Assembly: GCA_951406725.2 (NCBI GenBank)
Contig: OX597815.1
Coordinates: forward strand, 71,858,001 to 71,922,000
DNA from: Octopus vulgaris
Lineage: Eukaryota
DNA: 64,000 nt
Direction: 5' to 3'
The translations under genes were made by a program, and so were the position numbers. Positions 38,975-53,360 of this stretch are shown piece by piece; within the stretch, counting starts at the first letter, position 1, and the number at the start of each line of letters is the position of its first letter. The notes below the pieces were generated by a model. It was given only the letters and a program-made list of their open reading frames with translations, was not told the origin of the DNA and made no database searches.

Positions 38975-39317
38975 ATATGTAATACATTTACTAATAACTT
39001 CTGATAAAGAATATCCTATATACTACTGTATCGACCAGACTATCGGATGTTGTTATACGTCGCTGGTCACAATACGCTTCTTGCATAGCCGTAGCTTTTG
39101 AATGATGACACCCTTTAGGTGGTCAGGCCAACACTTTCCCTGAACGAAAGGTCAGTTCGTTGCTGGGTTACCCATTTACAGCTGAATGAACCGGAGCAAC
39201 ATGAAGTGGTTTGCTAGAGAACACAACGCACCAGAACGAAGCCACGATCTTATGGTGATGAATGTCTTTATACCGATATATATGTGTGTGTATGTATATG
39301 TGTATATATTTTATATC

Positions 39318-39366
<49 letters not shown>

Positions 39367-39634
39367 TAACCTCCGGTAAGCGTCTTTCCTGTTTTGGATA
39401 AGTTGGGCTCAAACTACAAATTTATTCGTCAGTTTCTCTTTATATCTAATTCAAGCATTTTGAGTTCAGCCATTCCTTTATCTATATTTGCCAGTCTGTC
39501 CTTCTCCTTCGATATAGTTGCTACAGAGGAAACTTATTTTTACTATAGCCTTGCTATTCGTTAAGCTTCACTAATCTAGCTTTGCTTTCGAGATTGGTTC
39601 TCCCTTTTACAAAAGGTTTGTCGTGTCACGCATC

Positions 39635-39745
<111 letters not shown>

Positions 39746-40582
39746 CACTAACACACATACGCATACACGCACGCGTGCATAGACGGGAACACGTACATAT
39801 TAATGGCTTCTTCACGGAGTATCTTCTCCGTTTACTAGGAAAGATTTGAAGCGAAATGGATGTGATTTGCTTAAAACGTGATCTGAATCCAAGATTGCTT
39901 TTAGTTAAGTTGGTGAGAATAAGACTGAAGATTAAAATCTGCAAGTCTTGTTTACTGGAGGAGAAAGAGAGAGGAAGGAAAAGTCGATAATGCATGCTGA
40001 GAGTTAGATGAACATAGGACACATCTCCGCAGTTTGTAGAAATCAAAGGCGAGCGATGTACGTCAAGAAAATCTGGTAGCCAAACTTACTGTTGATAAGT
40101 CTAACTACAAGTCTGTGTATATCAGTGACCTACATACAGAGCAAGCTATTTCATCGATGCCAGATTACTATATTCTTATTAAACTGGCAGAATTGTTAGT
40201 GCGTCGGACCAAACGCAGCTGAGGCAATATTTCTTCCGACCCATTTTGTTCTAAATTCAAATTACGCCAAGGTCGACTTTGCCTTTCATCCTTTCGGGGT
40301 CGATAAAATAAGTACCAGTTGAAGGACTGGGCTCGATGTAATCGATTTTCCCCCTTCTCTCAAATTTCCTGGCCTTGTGTCCAAATTAGAAATTTTCGTC
40401 TACCGCTATGTTCTGAGTTCAAATTCCGCCGAGGTCGACCTTGCCTTTCATTCTTTTCAGGGTCGATAAATTAAGTACCAGTTGAGTACTGGAGGTCGAT
40501 GTAATCGACTACCCCTCCCACCAAATTTCAGGCCTTATACCTATAGTAGAAAGGATTCTTCTTCTTCTTCTTCTTCTTCTTC

Positions 40583-40663
<81 letters not shown>

Positions 40664-40668
<5 letters not shown>

Positions 40669-41450
40669 TATCGTTGTTGTTCTCCACAAAGCTCAACACC
40701 TTCCTCGGCACATGAACTGTTCCAAGCACCACAGCCATTTGTGCACTCCCTAAGGTATCTGGTATGTCTAAGATCTCAGGTATTGCATCCAGATTCTTTA
40801 AAATTGTTTCGAGTGCACCGATAACGAAAGGGAGAATTGTGACTCTTGCTTGATGCATTTCTCGTACCTGGATGGCCAAATCTTAGCATTTTCCTTCTTC
40901 AGCCAATCGGTGACTTCAGCATTCTGACTAGCAGGAACAACGATGTCTATCATGGCTCATTCACATGTGTCTTTGTGCACAATTGTGATATCAAGGCGAT
41001 TATGCTCTATGCGCTTGTTTGTAAAGATAATCATGTCCCACTTTAGCTTCATTCCCGCATTCCCTCAATCGAAGCCTGAGGAATGTGGTCATACCGCTTA
41101 TCTATGCACGGAAGATCGTATTTCTTGCAAAGTTCCCAGTACATCAAAGGAGTGACCTCATTATTATTGAATGAGAGAGCAATGCATGTCATCAAAGTAA
41201 CAATAGGGTACAAATATACGAAGACCAATATAACCATCATGACTAACGGTCTGATTAGGGTACACTAGGCACATGTAATCACAATCATATGCGCGTGACA
41301 TGGTGACCTCATATCACGATAAACAATGCATGTTACCTCGGCTAAGTTCTGGTTGTTACAGAAAAGACGTGTTTTCCAACTAGGCATGCTGGTCTTAATC
41401 AGTGCACACACGTTCTCAGCTATTCCACACATATTGAGTGTTTCCAAACA
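40664..41450 (-). mobile_element. R4/Dong-like LINE fragment (restriction-like endonuclease clade), degraded
   Basis: ILPFVIGAL...AQMAVVLGT, YDHIPQ, NMCGI...SMPSWKTRL; 3' end runs into (TAA)n. Confidence 0.7.
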
Positions 41451-41489
41451 ATAATTTCGACGAAATTAATAGCGAAATCGGGTAGAAAT

Positions 41490-41550
41490 TACTACTACTA
41501 CTACTACTACTACTACAATACTACTACTACTGCTGCTGCTACTGCTGCTG

Positions 41551-41614
<64 letters not shown>

Positions 41615-41624
41615 CACCACCACC

Positions 41625-41671
<47 letters not shown>

Positions 41672-41687
41672 CACCACCACCACCACC

Positions 41688-41736
<49 letters not shown>

Positions 41737-41763
41737 GCATCATTATTAGTGGTGTTATTATTA

Positions 41764-41855
<92 letters not shown>
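41490..41855. repeat. Compound trinucleotide microsatellite (CTA/CCA/TTA), representative of many (TA)n, (CA)n, (GATA)n, (TAG)n, (CAT)n tracts
   Basis: Direct reading. Confidence 0.95.
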
Positions 41856-41858
<3 letters not shown>

Positions 41859-42230
41859 TAGTTTTATTTTTATAGCGTGCTTTCACTTCACTACCGAGCG
41901 CAGCTCTGTGTGCCTTAGGTATGTGCTGTGATTTGTTGTGATGCTCTGATGGTTATTGTATGGAAAGTGTTCTGCGTAGGATGTGTGCAGTGCCTAGTAG
42001 TGCAATTTTCTGTATGTTATATGTGTTTTTAAGTCCTGGTGTTTTTGTTATGTATTTGTCTGAATATTTTTTTATCATGCCTAATGCACCTACTATGATA
42101 GGAATTGTTTCTGTTTTTAGATTCCACATTCTGGTTACCTCTATTTCCAGGTCTTTGTATTTTGAGAGCTTCTCCATTTCTTTTAGAGACACGTTGTCAT
42201 CTGCCGGTATTGATACATCAATTAGAAAGC
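41856..42230 (-). mobile_element. R4/Dong-like LINE 3' fragment in (TAA)n
   Basis: EKLSKYKDLEIE...IPIIVGALG...QKIALLGTAHILRRTL*; UTR ends AATAAAACTACTG(AAT)n; (AAT)n on both sides. Confidence 0.85.
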
Positions 42231-42244
42231 ATTATTATTATTAT

Positions 42245-42314
<70 letters not shown>

Positions 42315-42366
42315 GGTGGTGGTGGTGGTGGTGGTAGTAGTGGTGGTGGTGGTGGTGGTGGTGGTG

Positions 42367-42413
<47 letters not shown>

Positions 42414-42592
42414 TGTTGTTGTTATTGATGTAAGATGGCGAGCGAGCAGGATCTTTAGCACACCGGACAAAATGGTTAGTAGCATTTCGCCTGTCCATAC
42501 GTTCTGAGTTCAAGTTCCGCTGAGTCCGACTTCGCTTTTCTTTCTTTCGGGATTGATAAAATAAGTGCCATTTGAGCAAAGGGATACATATA

Positions 42593-42680
<88 letters not shown>

Positions 42681-42688
42681 TGTATGTG

Positions 42689-43197
42689 CAGGGTGATTGA
42701 AAAGTAACTCCCTATTTTAAAATGTTTATAAATTATTTACTAATTGTAATTTTTAACCCAAAAATGGATATGAGAAGAAAGCCGTTAGTATGAGGTTTCA
42801 TTTAAAATTCGATATGGACTCTAGATGTCGCCACCTGCTTCTTGAGTCGCCCAGGAAATGTGTCAGCTAATTTTAGCAGGGAAGTCCTTTGGGATGGAAG
42901 ATATAACTTCTCGTATTCAAGTTCTTCCAAAGTCTTTGGTTTGGAACACTAGATTTGTTCTTTTAATCAATCCTTAATAAAGAAGTCACAGGATGTTTAG
43001 TCGGGACCCCTGGCTCGCCACTCATGCGGACCACGACGACCTCTCCATCTCGGGGGAAGTGTGCATTCAGCCATTACAGATTACAGATTAAATTCTCATA
43101 CTTCTAAAAACAAATACAAAAATTTGAGAAAAAAAATTACAATTAATAAATAATTTATAAGTATTTTAAAACAAGGAGTTACTTTTCAACTACCCTC
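42689..43197 (-). mobile_element. Internally deleted Tc1/mariner element
   Basis: ~50-bp TIRs (GGGTGATTGAAAAGTAACTCC / GGAGTTACTTTTCAACTACCC); degenerate WPPRSPDL..CDFF-like region. Confidence 0.75.
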
Positions 43198-43255
43198 TAT
43201 GTATGTATGTATGTATGTATGTATGTATGTATGTATGTATGTATGTATGTATGTA

Positions 43256-43288
<33 letters not shown>

Positions 43289-43297
43289 ATGTATGTA

Positions 43298-43332
<35 letters not shown>

Positions 43333-43819
43333 ATGTATGTTTGTATGTATGTATATGCACGTTCTTTTCTGTTTTTAATTATTTAAATTCTTCTTTTGAG
43401 GAAGGAACTGGCTTCTAACAAAGATACAAAACTTCATTGTTGGAAAGTAGATAACAAAAACATATCACATAAAAATATGCATATAAGTTTGCGCATCCAA
43501 CTTAAATGTGTTGTTTTAAACACATATATCTTATCTTTTTTCAGTCATTGGACTGCAGCTATGTTGCGGCACCACTTTGAAAGGTTTAGTTGAAGATATC
43601 TACCCAGCAATTTTTTTAAGTGCAAACTCAATCGGTCTCTTTTGCCGAAGCAACTACTTTATGGGGTTGTAAACAAACCAGCACCAGTTGTCAAGCGGTG
43701 GATGTGGACAAGCACAAACATGAAAATACACGCGTGCGTGCGTTTGGTATTTGTGCGCATTCTCATTCAGTAGCTGCCCTCAATTTGCTGACTGTTGCCA
43801 TCTTTGTACCATAAACTTT

Positions 43820-44760
43820 ATCGTTTAAATATCCTTATTAAAAATCTAGTAGTGAGATTTCCGGTGAATGCTAAAGGTATTCTTCTGAACTTCTTCGTCC
43901 AGTCCACCTGTTTGGCAAAATCTCATCCAAGTAGGCTCTTATCCTATTATAGTAGTGGTGTGAGGATCCTCCATTTTGCTGGAAATAAAATATCACATCT
44001 TCAAAGTCTTCTTGAATGCTTGGCACGACAGATTGTCAGAGCAAGTTCAAGTAAATGGGACCTGTCACAGTAAAGTCCAAAAAGAATGATCTAATAAATT
44101 CTTTTAATGATAAACCACGCCATAATGTAACTGCTAGTAAATTAAGATGACATCCCTCCATAATATATGGATTCTCAGGTCTCCAATAGGTGCAACTGTG
44201 ACGGTTAATTGAGCCATTGTAAGTTAAAGGCTACAAGCCTTAAATACTTTAAACCATCTATGCTGGAAAGTGTGCACCTTCTGCACGTCTTATTAAGGAC
44301 CACTTCATTGAGAACATAGACTATTGAGAGCGTAGACTATTCTTGGAATCTAACTTTTCCCATGACAGTGCTTCAAAATGCGATGGATGCTTGATTTTGA
44401 AATTCCAATCTCAAGACTTGCTTGTCCTACAGACTTCCTTGAACTGTGGCAAAACGTTTCTAGTACCCTTTCTTGCGTTGTGGAACTCGTCGATGTTGCG
44501 GGATTCCAAAACGCTTCTTGTGGATTATTCTGTAGTTTCATCTGCTACAAACTTATTCGAGTGAGAGTAAATCGCGTTGGTGGACTGTTTGAAATTTCCT
44601 AAATTTTCTTTGCAATTCGACTACGTTTTCAATCTTCAAGTGGCACTTCAGAATAAATTTCTTTTGTTCAAACCTTGATCACCTTCATTATCTCTTATGG
44701 CTTTAATCTAAATTTGTCAGCTGTTGAAGTGTGTATACATTTTGGGGAGACGCCTTGTAT
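43820..44760 (-). mobile_element. Tc1/mariner transposase remnant
   Basis: RKSVGQASLEIGISKSSIHRILK HTH; [15 protein letters not shown]. Confidence 0.7.
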
Positions 44761-45099
44761 ATACAGAAATACCTCGCCATATCGCGGTTCACCCATAGCG
44801 TGGGGTTTTTGAACGTAACACCCGCGATAGTCGGAGGATTACTGTATCAGTAATATTGGGAGAATCCAAATTAAGCTGTTATACTCTCCTCTAGTCAGGT
44901 ATTATATTGTTTAGAGGTCGCATGTGTGTAATTTAATTGTACAAATATGTTTAATAAGGTAATATATAGCTTGTGGAAAATATTAACCTATTTTATTACA
45001 TTAATAACAGTAAAAACACAAGTTAGATGTTTATTCATTTTTATTTGTATTTTCCATTATTCACTATTTCTCGGTAAATTTTTCTCCATTTTCCCTCTG

Positions 45100-45150
<51 letters not shown>

Positions 45151-45602
45151 AAGCTTAATTTTGAATTATCTAGAAGTTACAGGTACATTTAAGTAGAAAT
45201 ACATCAAATAAATGGATAAAATGTTTCCGACGGAAGAAAAAAAAGAAATTTTTATAGATCGAAGTGAATGATTAATGTTAAATAATACGATTAAATAAAT
45301 GTAAGTCTATATAATGAAATATTGATCAAATATTGATGAAATTATTAACTACAATACATTTTATATATATACATGCATATATATGTGAGTGTGTGTGTGA
45401 GTGTGTGAGAGTGTGTGTGTGAATGTGCTCGTGTGTGTATGAATGTATGTCTGTATGTGTATATATGTATATACAAATATACATACACACACATATATAG
45501 TACATATAATATATATATATATATCTGTACCTATGTTTATCTATCAATTTATCTGTCTGTCTATCCATCCATCCATCCATCCATCCATCCATCCATCCAT
45601 CC

Positions 45603-45666
<64 letters not shown>

Positions 45667-45705
45667 GTCTGTCTGTCTGTCTGCCTGCCTGCCTGCCTGC
45701 CTGCC

Positions 45706-45813
<108 letters not shown>

Positions 45814-45819
45814 CATCCA

Positions 45820-45901
<82 letters not shown>

Positions 45902-45906
<5 letters not shown>

Positions 45907-46180
45907 TCATCATCATCATCATCATTTAGCGTCCGTTTTCCATGCTAGCATGGGTTGGACGGTTCAACTGGGGTCTGGGGAGCCCGAAGGCTGCACCAGG
46001 CCAGTCAGATCTGGCAGTGTTTCTACAGCTGGATGCCCTTCCTAACGCCAACCACTCCGAGAGTGTAGTGGGTGATTTTATGTGCCACCGACACAGGTGC
46101 CAGACGAGGCTGGCGAACGGCCACGCTCGGATGGTGTTTTTTATGTGCCACCGACACAGGTGCCAGACGAGGCTGGCAGA
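45902..46180 (-). mobile_element. SINE/RTE-tail-type repeat ending (GAT)n; related copy ~17200-17480(+)
   Basis: GGTTGGCGTTAGGAAGGGCATCCAGC...CCCATGCTAGCATGGAAAACGGACGCTAAATGATGAT; internal ~38-bp duplication. Confidence 0.65.
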
Positions 46181-46183
46181 TCA

Positions 46184-46214
<31 letters not shown>

Positions 46215-46329
46215 TATTTCTTACAGATGATAGCACACACCCCACATCCAATCCCACAGCGCAATCGCTCCGTTGATGAACCCTTAGATCACTTTTAAGA
46301 TCAGATGACAGGGTTTAAAACAAGTGACA

Positions 46330-48900
46330 TATTCATGTTTCTTCTATATCTTTGCCCTTTGGAATCTGATTCTGAAGGAATGTTTTTGTGAGCTAGCATA
46401 TGTCTTTTAAGTCCATATATTATCTTACAGGTTTTATGACATATGACACAAGCCGTAAGAGGTAGTTGATGTCCAAGATTATTTATTACCTGTCTGGGCA
46501 TTTCGATTTTCATGTGACTTCATATGATTCAGGTATCCTGCTTTTGACAACAGAACACGATCACATGTAATATCCAATATTCACTATTGATTACAGTTCC
46601 AATTGTTCCTTTGCCATAGGTCCTTATAAGCTCAGATTACGGAATCATATTTTCCTCCCAGGCATTGCAACTAGTCCTAACTGCACCTCTCCACTTGTTC
46701 CGATCGAGAATATCATTTTCCCAGTCACTTTTTGTTCATATCTAGTTTCTTCAGTTTTTCCTTCACCACAAGTCTTTATACCTTTTCCCGGCTTACAGTG
46801 TGGTCGCTTACCAGAGTTGAACTCACCATAAAAAAAGACGTTTTGGAAATCGCTCGTCTTTCATTCTAATAAAATGTCCAGTCCATCTCATTTGAGCCAA
46901 GATCACATGCTGTTCAATTGAGCTACAACATGCCATGCACAAAACTTCTGTATCTAGTATGAATCATTCCCACTTGACTCCTAAGATACGTCTGAGGCCC
47001 TTTTGATAAAATCTCTCCAGCATTTTTATATGACGCTTGTAAGTGGTCCGCGTCTCACCTGAATAGAAAAGTGCAGTCAATACTCACGCTTTATAGACAC
47101 TGATTTTGTCTGCAGGGAAATACCTCTATCAACCCATACTCGCTTTTCGAGCTTTCCAAATGCAACACTTGCCTTCCCTATTCGATAGTATATCTCTGCA
47201 TCAAAACTACCATCTCTTGACAGTGTGTTTCCTAGGTAAACAAAGGTGTCAACGACTCCTAACCTTGTTCCATTCACAAAAATGTTTGGTTCAGAATATG
47301 CTTGTTCTGTTACGGGAGTAAACATTACTTTGATTTTCCCCAGACTAATTGTGAGCCCTAAATGTACACATTCAGTGGAAAATCTTTTGCATAACCCCCT
47401 CTGAGTGTGCTAACAATTCAGCATCATCAGCATAAAATAATTCTCTAACAAGTATTTTGAAAGTCTTTGCATTGCAGTTAAACTGGATCAAATTAAAAAT
47501 ATGACCAGATGTCTGAAATCTGATTCCAGTTTCTCTGTAGCAATCCTTGAAAGTATACCAAAGCAATGCAGCAAAATAAATAGAGAAAAGTGTAGGGGTA
47601 GGAATATCTCCCTGTTTAACACCATTGTCCACCAAAAATTCATGAGATAGTTCACCATTAAAGACTACCTGAGCTTTCATGTTTCTGTGTAATTCCTTAA
47701 AGATGCTCACAAAATGTGTTGAGCAACCAAGTTTATGCAAAACAATCCACAATGCCTCCCTGTTTACCGTGTCAAATGCCTTAATTAAATCTATGAAGAC
47801 CTGGTATAGTGGCATTTGTTTCTCTAAGCATTTCTCCTGAACCTGCCTCACAGAAAATATCATGATCATTGTTCCTCGCTCAGGTCTGAAACCACACCGT
47901 TCTTCAGGAATCATATGCGGGCACACATTCTCAACGAGACGATCTAACATGGTCTTTGAAAGTATCTTCCCGGTATATGCAACGAGAGTTATCCCGTTAG
48001 AATTACCATACACTGCTTTTAGGCCCTTACCCTTGTATACAGAGATTAGAATGCCATTTATCCATTCCTGTGGCACAGAAGATTCATTCCAAACTCGAGT
48101 TATAAGGCTATGAATTTCAGATGAAATATGATCTCCACCTGCTTTCAGAATTTCAACTGGAATACGATCCAATCCAAGAGCTTTATCTGATCTCAGTTTA
48201 CATAATGCCGGATTTATTTCTTCAATGGAAAGGGTATCGTTCACGTGTTGCACTATCTCTCTTTGCAAGATGTTGTTTATGATATCCATGTCCACAACAG
48301 ACGGATTGTGGAAAAGTTCTGCAAAGTGTTCTCTCCATCTATTCATTATTCCAGGAGGCTCGTTAATAACTTCATTTCCATCTTTTGACTTCAAGGGAAC
48401 ATATGATGAAGATTGCCGTCCAAAAGCTTGCCACAATAAACTATAAAAACTTTTAGTGTCTTTCCTGTCATAAACTGCCTGTACTTCCTCAGACAAATTC
48501 CTCCACCAAGTGTCTTTAAGCCTCCTGAGTTCTTTTTACAAGTTTGCTTTCTGAGACGTGTACAACTTTTCTAGTTGCACTTTGTTCTTTACGTTTGGGT
48601 CAAGAATTTTTTTTAGTAGTGGCCCTCTTTGTTGCTAAAAGTCCATTTATCACTGTATCATTGGAATCAAACCAGTCTCAGTGCTATCTCCTCTTAAAAC
48701 CTAACATTTTTAGTGCACCTTTTCTAGCACCTTCCCAGTATATCCAGGTGAGCAGCGTTCTCCTTTAAAGGCTGCTCAGACACAAGATTCTCAACCGAAA
48801 ACAGTTCCTGTCCATAAAAACATGTTAGCGATGTTAAGATAAGAACCCTGTCGCCTTGCAGATTTGTAACTGAATGCGTCCAATCGGTCAAAGCTGCATA
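46330..48900 (-). mobile_element. RTE-clade LINE, 5'-truncated and degraded
   Basis: ORF 47372-48496: FIDLIKAFDTVNRE, GVKQG, LFYADDAEL; downstream YLGNTL...YRIGKASVAFGKL; terminal CVICHK...GLKRHMLAH. Confidence 0.9.
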
Positions 48901-49329
48901 CATCGTCACACCTCTATCACCATATATATATGTTCAAGTATGCGACGCATGTAGATAGTTATAATAAAAAGAACAGTAGATTGGTAGAAACGAATAAAGT
49001 ACGATGTGGAAATTAGTTACATCCCTTTATGTTCTGCGTTCAAATCCTGCTTAAGTTTACTCTGTCTTCCATCAGCCTAGAGGAAGAGCTCGATAAAATA
49101 AAACTCCAGTTACAAACATACATTTTTATAATTATCTATTTATACCCCACCCGCAAATCCATGACCTTGTGGCTACGTTATAGATTACCATGTCCGCCCT
49201 AGCCTGAGGATCCTGGACTAAAGTCAATTTAGAGTCATAAGGCGCTTGCACTGAGAATAAAAGACTCCACGCCACAATCCTAAAAGGGAAGTAAAACGGT
49301 GAAAGTAAAGCATCCCGATATCACCAGTT

Positions 49330-50150
49330 CTTTATCTCTGCTTGGTTTTGAACTCAAGATCACAGAGAACGGATCCGTTTCTATTATCTTTTACAGAAAA
49401 AGTGGCATGCAAGGAAGAGTTTGTGAATTATAATTCATCCTTATCCAACAGAGCTAAAATAGCCTGCATTAGAAATCAGATCTGCTGAACACGCTGTAAA
49501 TACAGCGAAGCAGACAACAAAAAGACCAACACCATACAATTCCGAAAAGTTCTTGTGGAGAATCGCTTCTCAAACTCTTTCACCAAACACCAGGACATTA
49601 CCAGACCACTTAACTCATGTATCCATGTTGTTTTTGGAACTTCCACATTTTAGTTCCAGCCCACCCCCAAAAAGAAATAAATTAAATAAAATATACGTCT
49701 AGCACAGTCAGGACCCTCCTCAGAGAGGATCCAAGCTAAAAACAATACCATGTGTTCATTGTTCAACTGCTCAAACAACGTTGAAAATATATATCTGTGG
49801 CCCTACGTGCCGCGTAAAATCTTGTGTAGTATATAACATGAATCCTGTATCAGAAGTACCATCAAGCAAGTATACAAACGGGTTAAAGAACATCCCTATG
49901 CTCATGCTTCTTTCATTAAAAAACAGCTACGGGAATGTTATACCCAAGACATCAAATTTTCCATTGGAACTTAATAATAAAAGAAACCGTGTTAATTGTC
50001 AAGACCGACATACACATTAACAACAGAACCGAACTATATGCAGCTGATTGGCTACTATAGCAATGCTATCCCTTCACATAAACACACTTCATTTCACAAC
50101 ATATCACCGAAGAATTTCTGAAGAAGGGGTCCTAGCTACGAAGTATTGAA
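49330..50150 (+). mobile_element. Old Penelope-like remnant
   Basis: FYRK...FVNYNSSLSNRAKIACIRNQI (thumb-like), CRVKSCVVY (GIY-YIG start), CTGAAGAAGG...GAAG remnant at ~50118. Confidence 0.6.
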
Positions 50151-53100
50151 ATACAAGGTAAAAGTACAAATCATGGGATTGATAACATTTCTTATAATTC
50201 GCATTGCTTTCACTAAAAAAATTGATTAAAAATATTAGTCAATGCTTTATGCAAACTACATATACATACATACATACATACATACATACATACACACACA
50301 CATAAATTATATTATATATTATATACTACATATGTTTATATGTATTTGTGTGTGTGTGTGTGTCTGTGTACACCTCCCCCTCCCAGTGAGACAGAGCTGT
50401 ACGTAACTCTATGTCTGTCAGTGTCTATTGTAGCCAGGTCAACTGCTGCGCTTTTTCCTGCCCCGGGTTTTAAAATGATCTTTGTTATTTCACTGCTGCA
50501 GCTTGACCTGATGTCTTTTGATGAGCATAGACGTCATACGTTGTTCATGCATCTTTCATTCAAATAATCCTGCTTTGTTGTTGATCCATTGCAGAGCGTC
50601 AACATTGCGTTCCTCAAGTGTGCGTTTCGGCCGGTTGGATCTTTCCTGGGTGTTCATGAGGGTAGTTATGAGAAGAAGGCACTACAGATGTACGTTACAT
50701 GCTAACGTGACTTTTTTCTAATTCATTCATATCTTTTATATTTTACTTATTTCTGTCATTGGACAGCAGCCATACTAGAGCACCGGCTTGATGGGTTTGG
50801 TAGGACAAATTGCCCCTAGTATTTATTACCCTGTTTTTTAAAATCTAGCTCTTACTCTATCGACGTCTTTTGCTGAACCGCTAAGTTATGGCGCCACAAA
50901 CAAACAAACCAACACTAATGGTAAGGGACACACACACACACACAGCGGACTTCGGTACACTTTCCGTCAATCAAAATCACTTACAAAGCACTGGTTACAT
51001 AGCGAGCTTCCTAACCATACAGCCATACTTGCACTTATGACATGACTTCTTTGTTTATCTTGCAGCTTCTATAATCTCTGGACTTCAGTTCTGGTGGGCT
51101 GACCTTTTTGTACTTGGTGATATTCTTTTCTGAGTCCTTCATCTCCATAGTTAATCCTTTGAATCTGTGAATACGCTTTAGCAGTCACTATTTCGTTCTA
51201 CTGTAACCTTGGAAAACGTAAAAACGGTTGACGACGTAGTTTTTTTTTTATGTTTAAGGCTGAAAGTAACGATGTTTCTGACAATTAGTGAGCCGTAGAC
51301 ACAAAACCATTCGATCGCTAGCTTTTGCGTTTTCCTGAGAGTACAGTGAAACGAAATTGTATCCGCTTAGGCTTAAGTGCGATAAAGGTTGGTAATGTTT
51401 ATAGTTTTATTAAGGCGGCGAGCTGACAAAACCGTTAGCACGCCTGACAAAATGCTTAGCGGCATTTCTTCTGTCTTTGCGTTCTGAGTTAAAGTTCGGC
51501 CAATGTCGACTTTGCCTCTCATCCCTTCGGAATCGATAGTTGAGCACCGGGATCGATGTGATCGACTTAAACCACCCCCCGAAACTGCTGACCCTGTGCC
51601 AAAATTTAAAATGAATATTTATAGTTTCTTTAAGGCGGTGAGCTGGCAGAATCGTTACCACGCCGGGCAAAACACTTAGCGGCATTTCTTCCGAGCATTG
51701 GGATCGATGTAATCGACTCAACCCACCTTCCACAAAATTGCTGGCCTTGTGCCAATGTTTCAAACCAAGATTCATTGTTTCTTTAGTTTGAGTTTCTCAT
51801 TTGTTTGACTTCTTTATTCACGCCGTTGATAACTTGAGCCTTCTGTCTACCTATTGAATATTTACTTGTTTCCTTATTCGCATATTTGCAATTTTAATGT
51901 CTAATAATTCCAAGTATGACTTGACTTAAGCATAACAACGAATAAATTCACCCATTTTCTTCTCTGCGTTATTAATCTCTGGAATTCAAAACATCCCATA
52001 ATATCTGCAATCAAATATCATAGAGAAATTGTTCGGCCATAATCCATGCCACGAGAAAATGGCGAATATTTTCCACTTGTCAATATCGTTTCGATATATT
52101 ATTCTTTTTAAAATATATATATTATCGACAGAAGCAGTGTTAATACCGATTGGGAATATATATCCTCTTTTAAACATGGATGTTCTGTTAGTACAAACTA
52201 TACAGCGATAGATGCTATGAAAGAAACTCTCATATTGATTTTTCGTGCAAAATACACTTGTTTGTAGCGCTAGTGGGGGTTTTATTTCCTCGCTAGCGAT
52301 ATAAACTGGAGTACATTTTGCACCAAAAGCCAATATGAGAGTTTCCCTCGTGGTGTTTACCGCAGTATAGTTTGTTCTGATAGAACATCCACATTTAAGT
52401 GGAAATGAATTATTCTTTGTATTACTTTAAATGTGAAAGAAAAAGAAAAAAAAAAAGAAGGGTGTTAGAAAAAAAATTGTTTCGAGAAAGGGTAAGACAA
52501 AATGTGGGAGCTGTTTTGAAATAAGAAATTTTGGTTGATTTCTAATCTAACTATTTAAGTTTGGGAAACTTTTCAGAAATATGTTACACTAAAATTCTAC
52601 TATCACGGTAAATCTTAAGGCAGGCATTTCTCTGGAAAATAAAATAAAATGAAATATCTCCCCGGCAAATATTTAATTTTAATATCTATCTATAATATGA
52701 GAAGTTGACTATCACAGCAGTAAGTCTGAAAGTAGTCCCGGTATGTAACAGTAGCAACATCAACAACAGCAGGGGTGCCAATAATAAGAGCAGCAGCAGC
52801 AACAGCAGTAACAGCAGCGGAAACAACAACAACAAATGGGAAAGCCAACGACGGTATCTCTATGCGGTCGCTCGATTCAATGCATATTATTCGAGAACTT
52901 TGAAATAACTCAAAAGAGCAGTTGATGTAGAGGTTAAACATACAGTTAGAGACTCAAAACAAAATTTAACGTTATGAGCGTTGTGGATAATATGACCCGA
53001 GCCATGGGATGAAGAGTGATTAAAAATTAATATTTTTATGCATAAAAATAGCAATTAATTTGGGTGAGATCGAAAAAAAAATTTATAACATACAAAATCA

Positions 53101-53325
53101 AGAGGAAAATAAGTTTCGAGGAACGGAATTCTACAGTTCGGTAAGATTTTTAGGAACGCAGGACTCCGTAACACAGATGATGCCTGTAAATATCTGGTAA
53201 TGAAGAACAGATCACAGGAGATGCACATAAATATCCCGCATACTCCATGTGTATGTATTATATGATATTTTACATTTCACCTGTATATATTATATATCTT
53301 TTACACAAAAATATCCCGATTATTC

Positions 53326-53360
<35 letters not shown>

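Noticed and set aside
51986-52941. Possible host exons (115-aa minus ORF; S/N-rich ORF)
   Set aside because: Non-ATG starts, no recognisable homology or convincing splice structure
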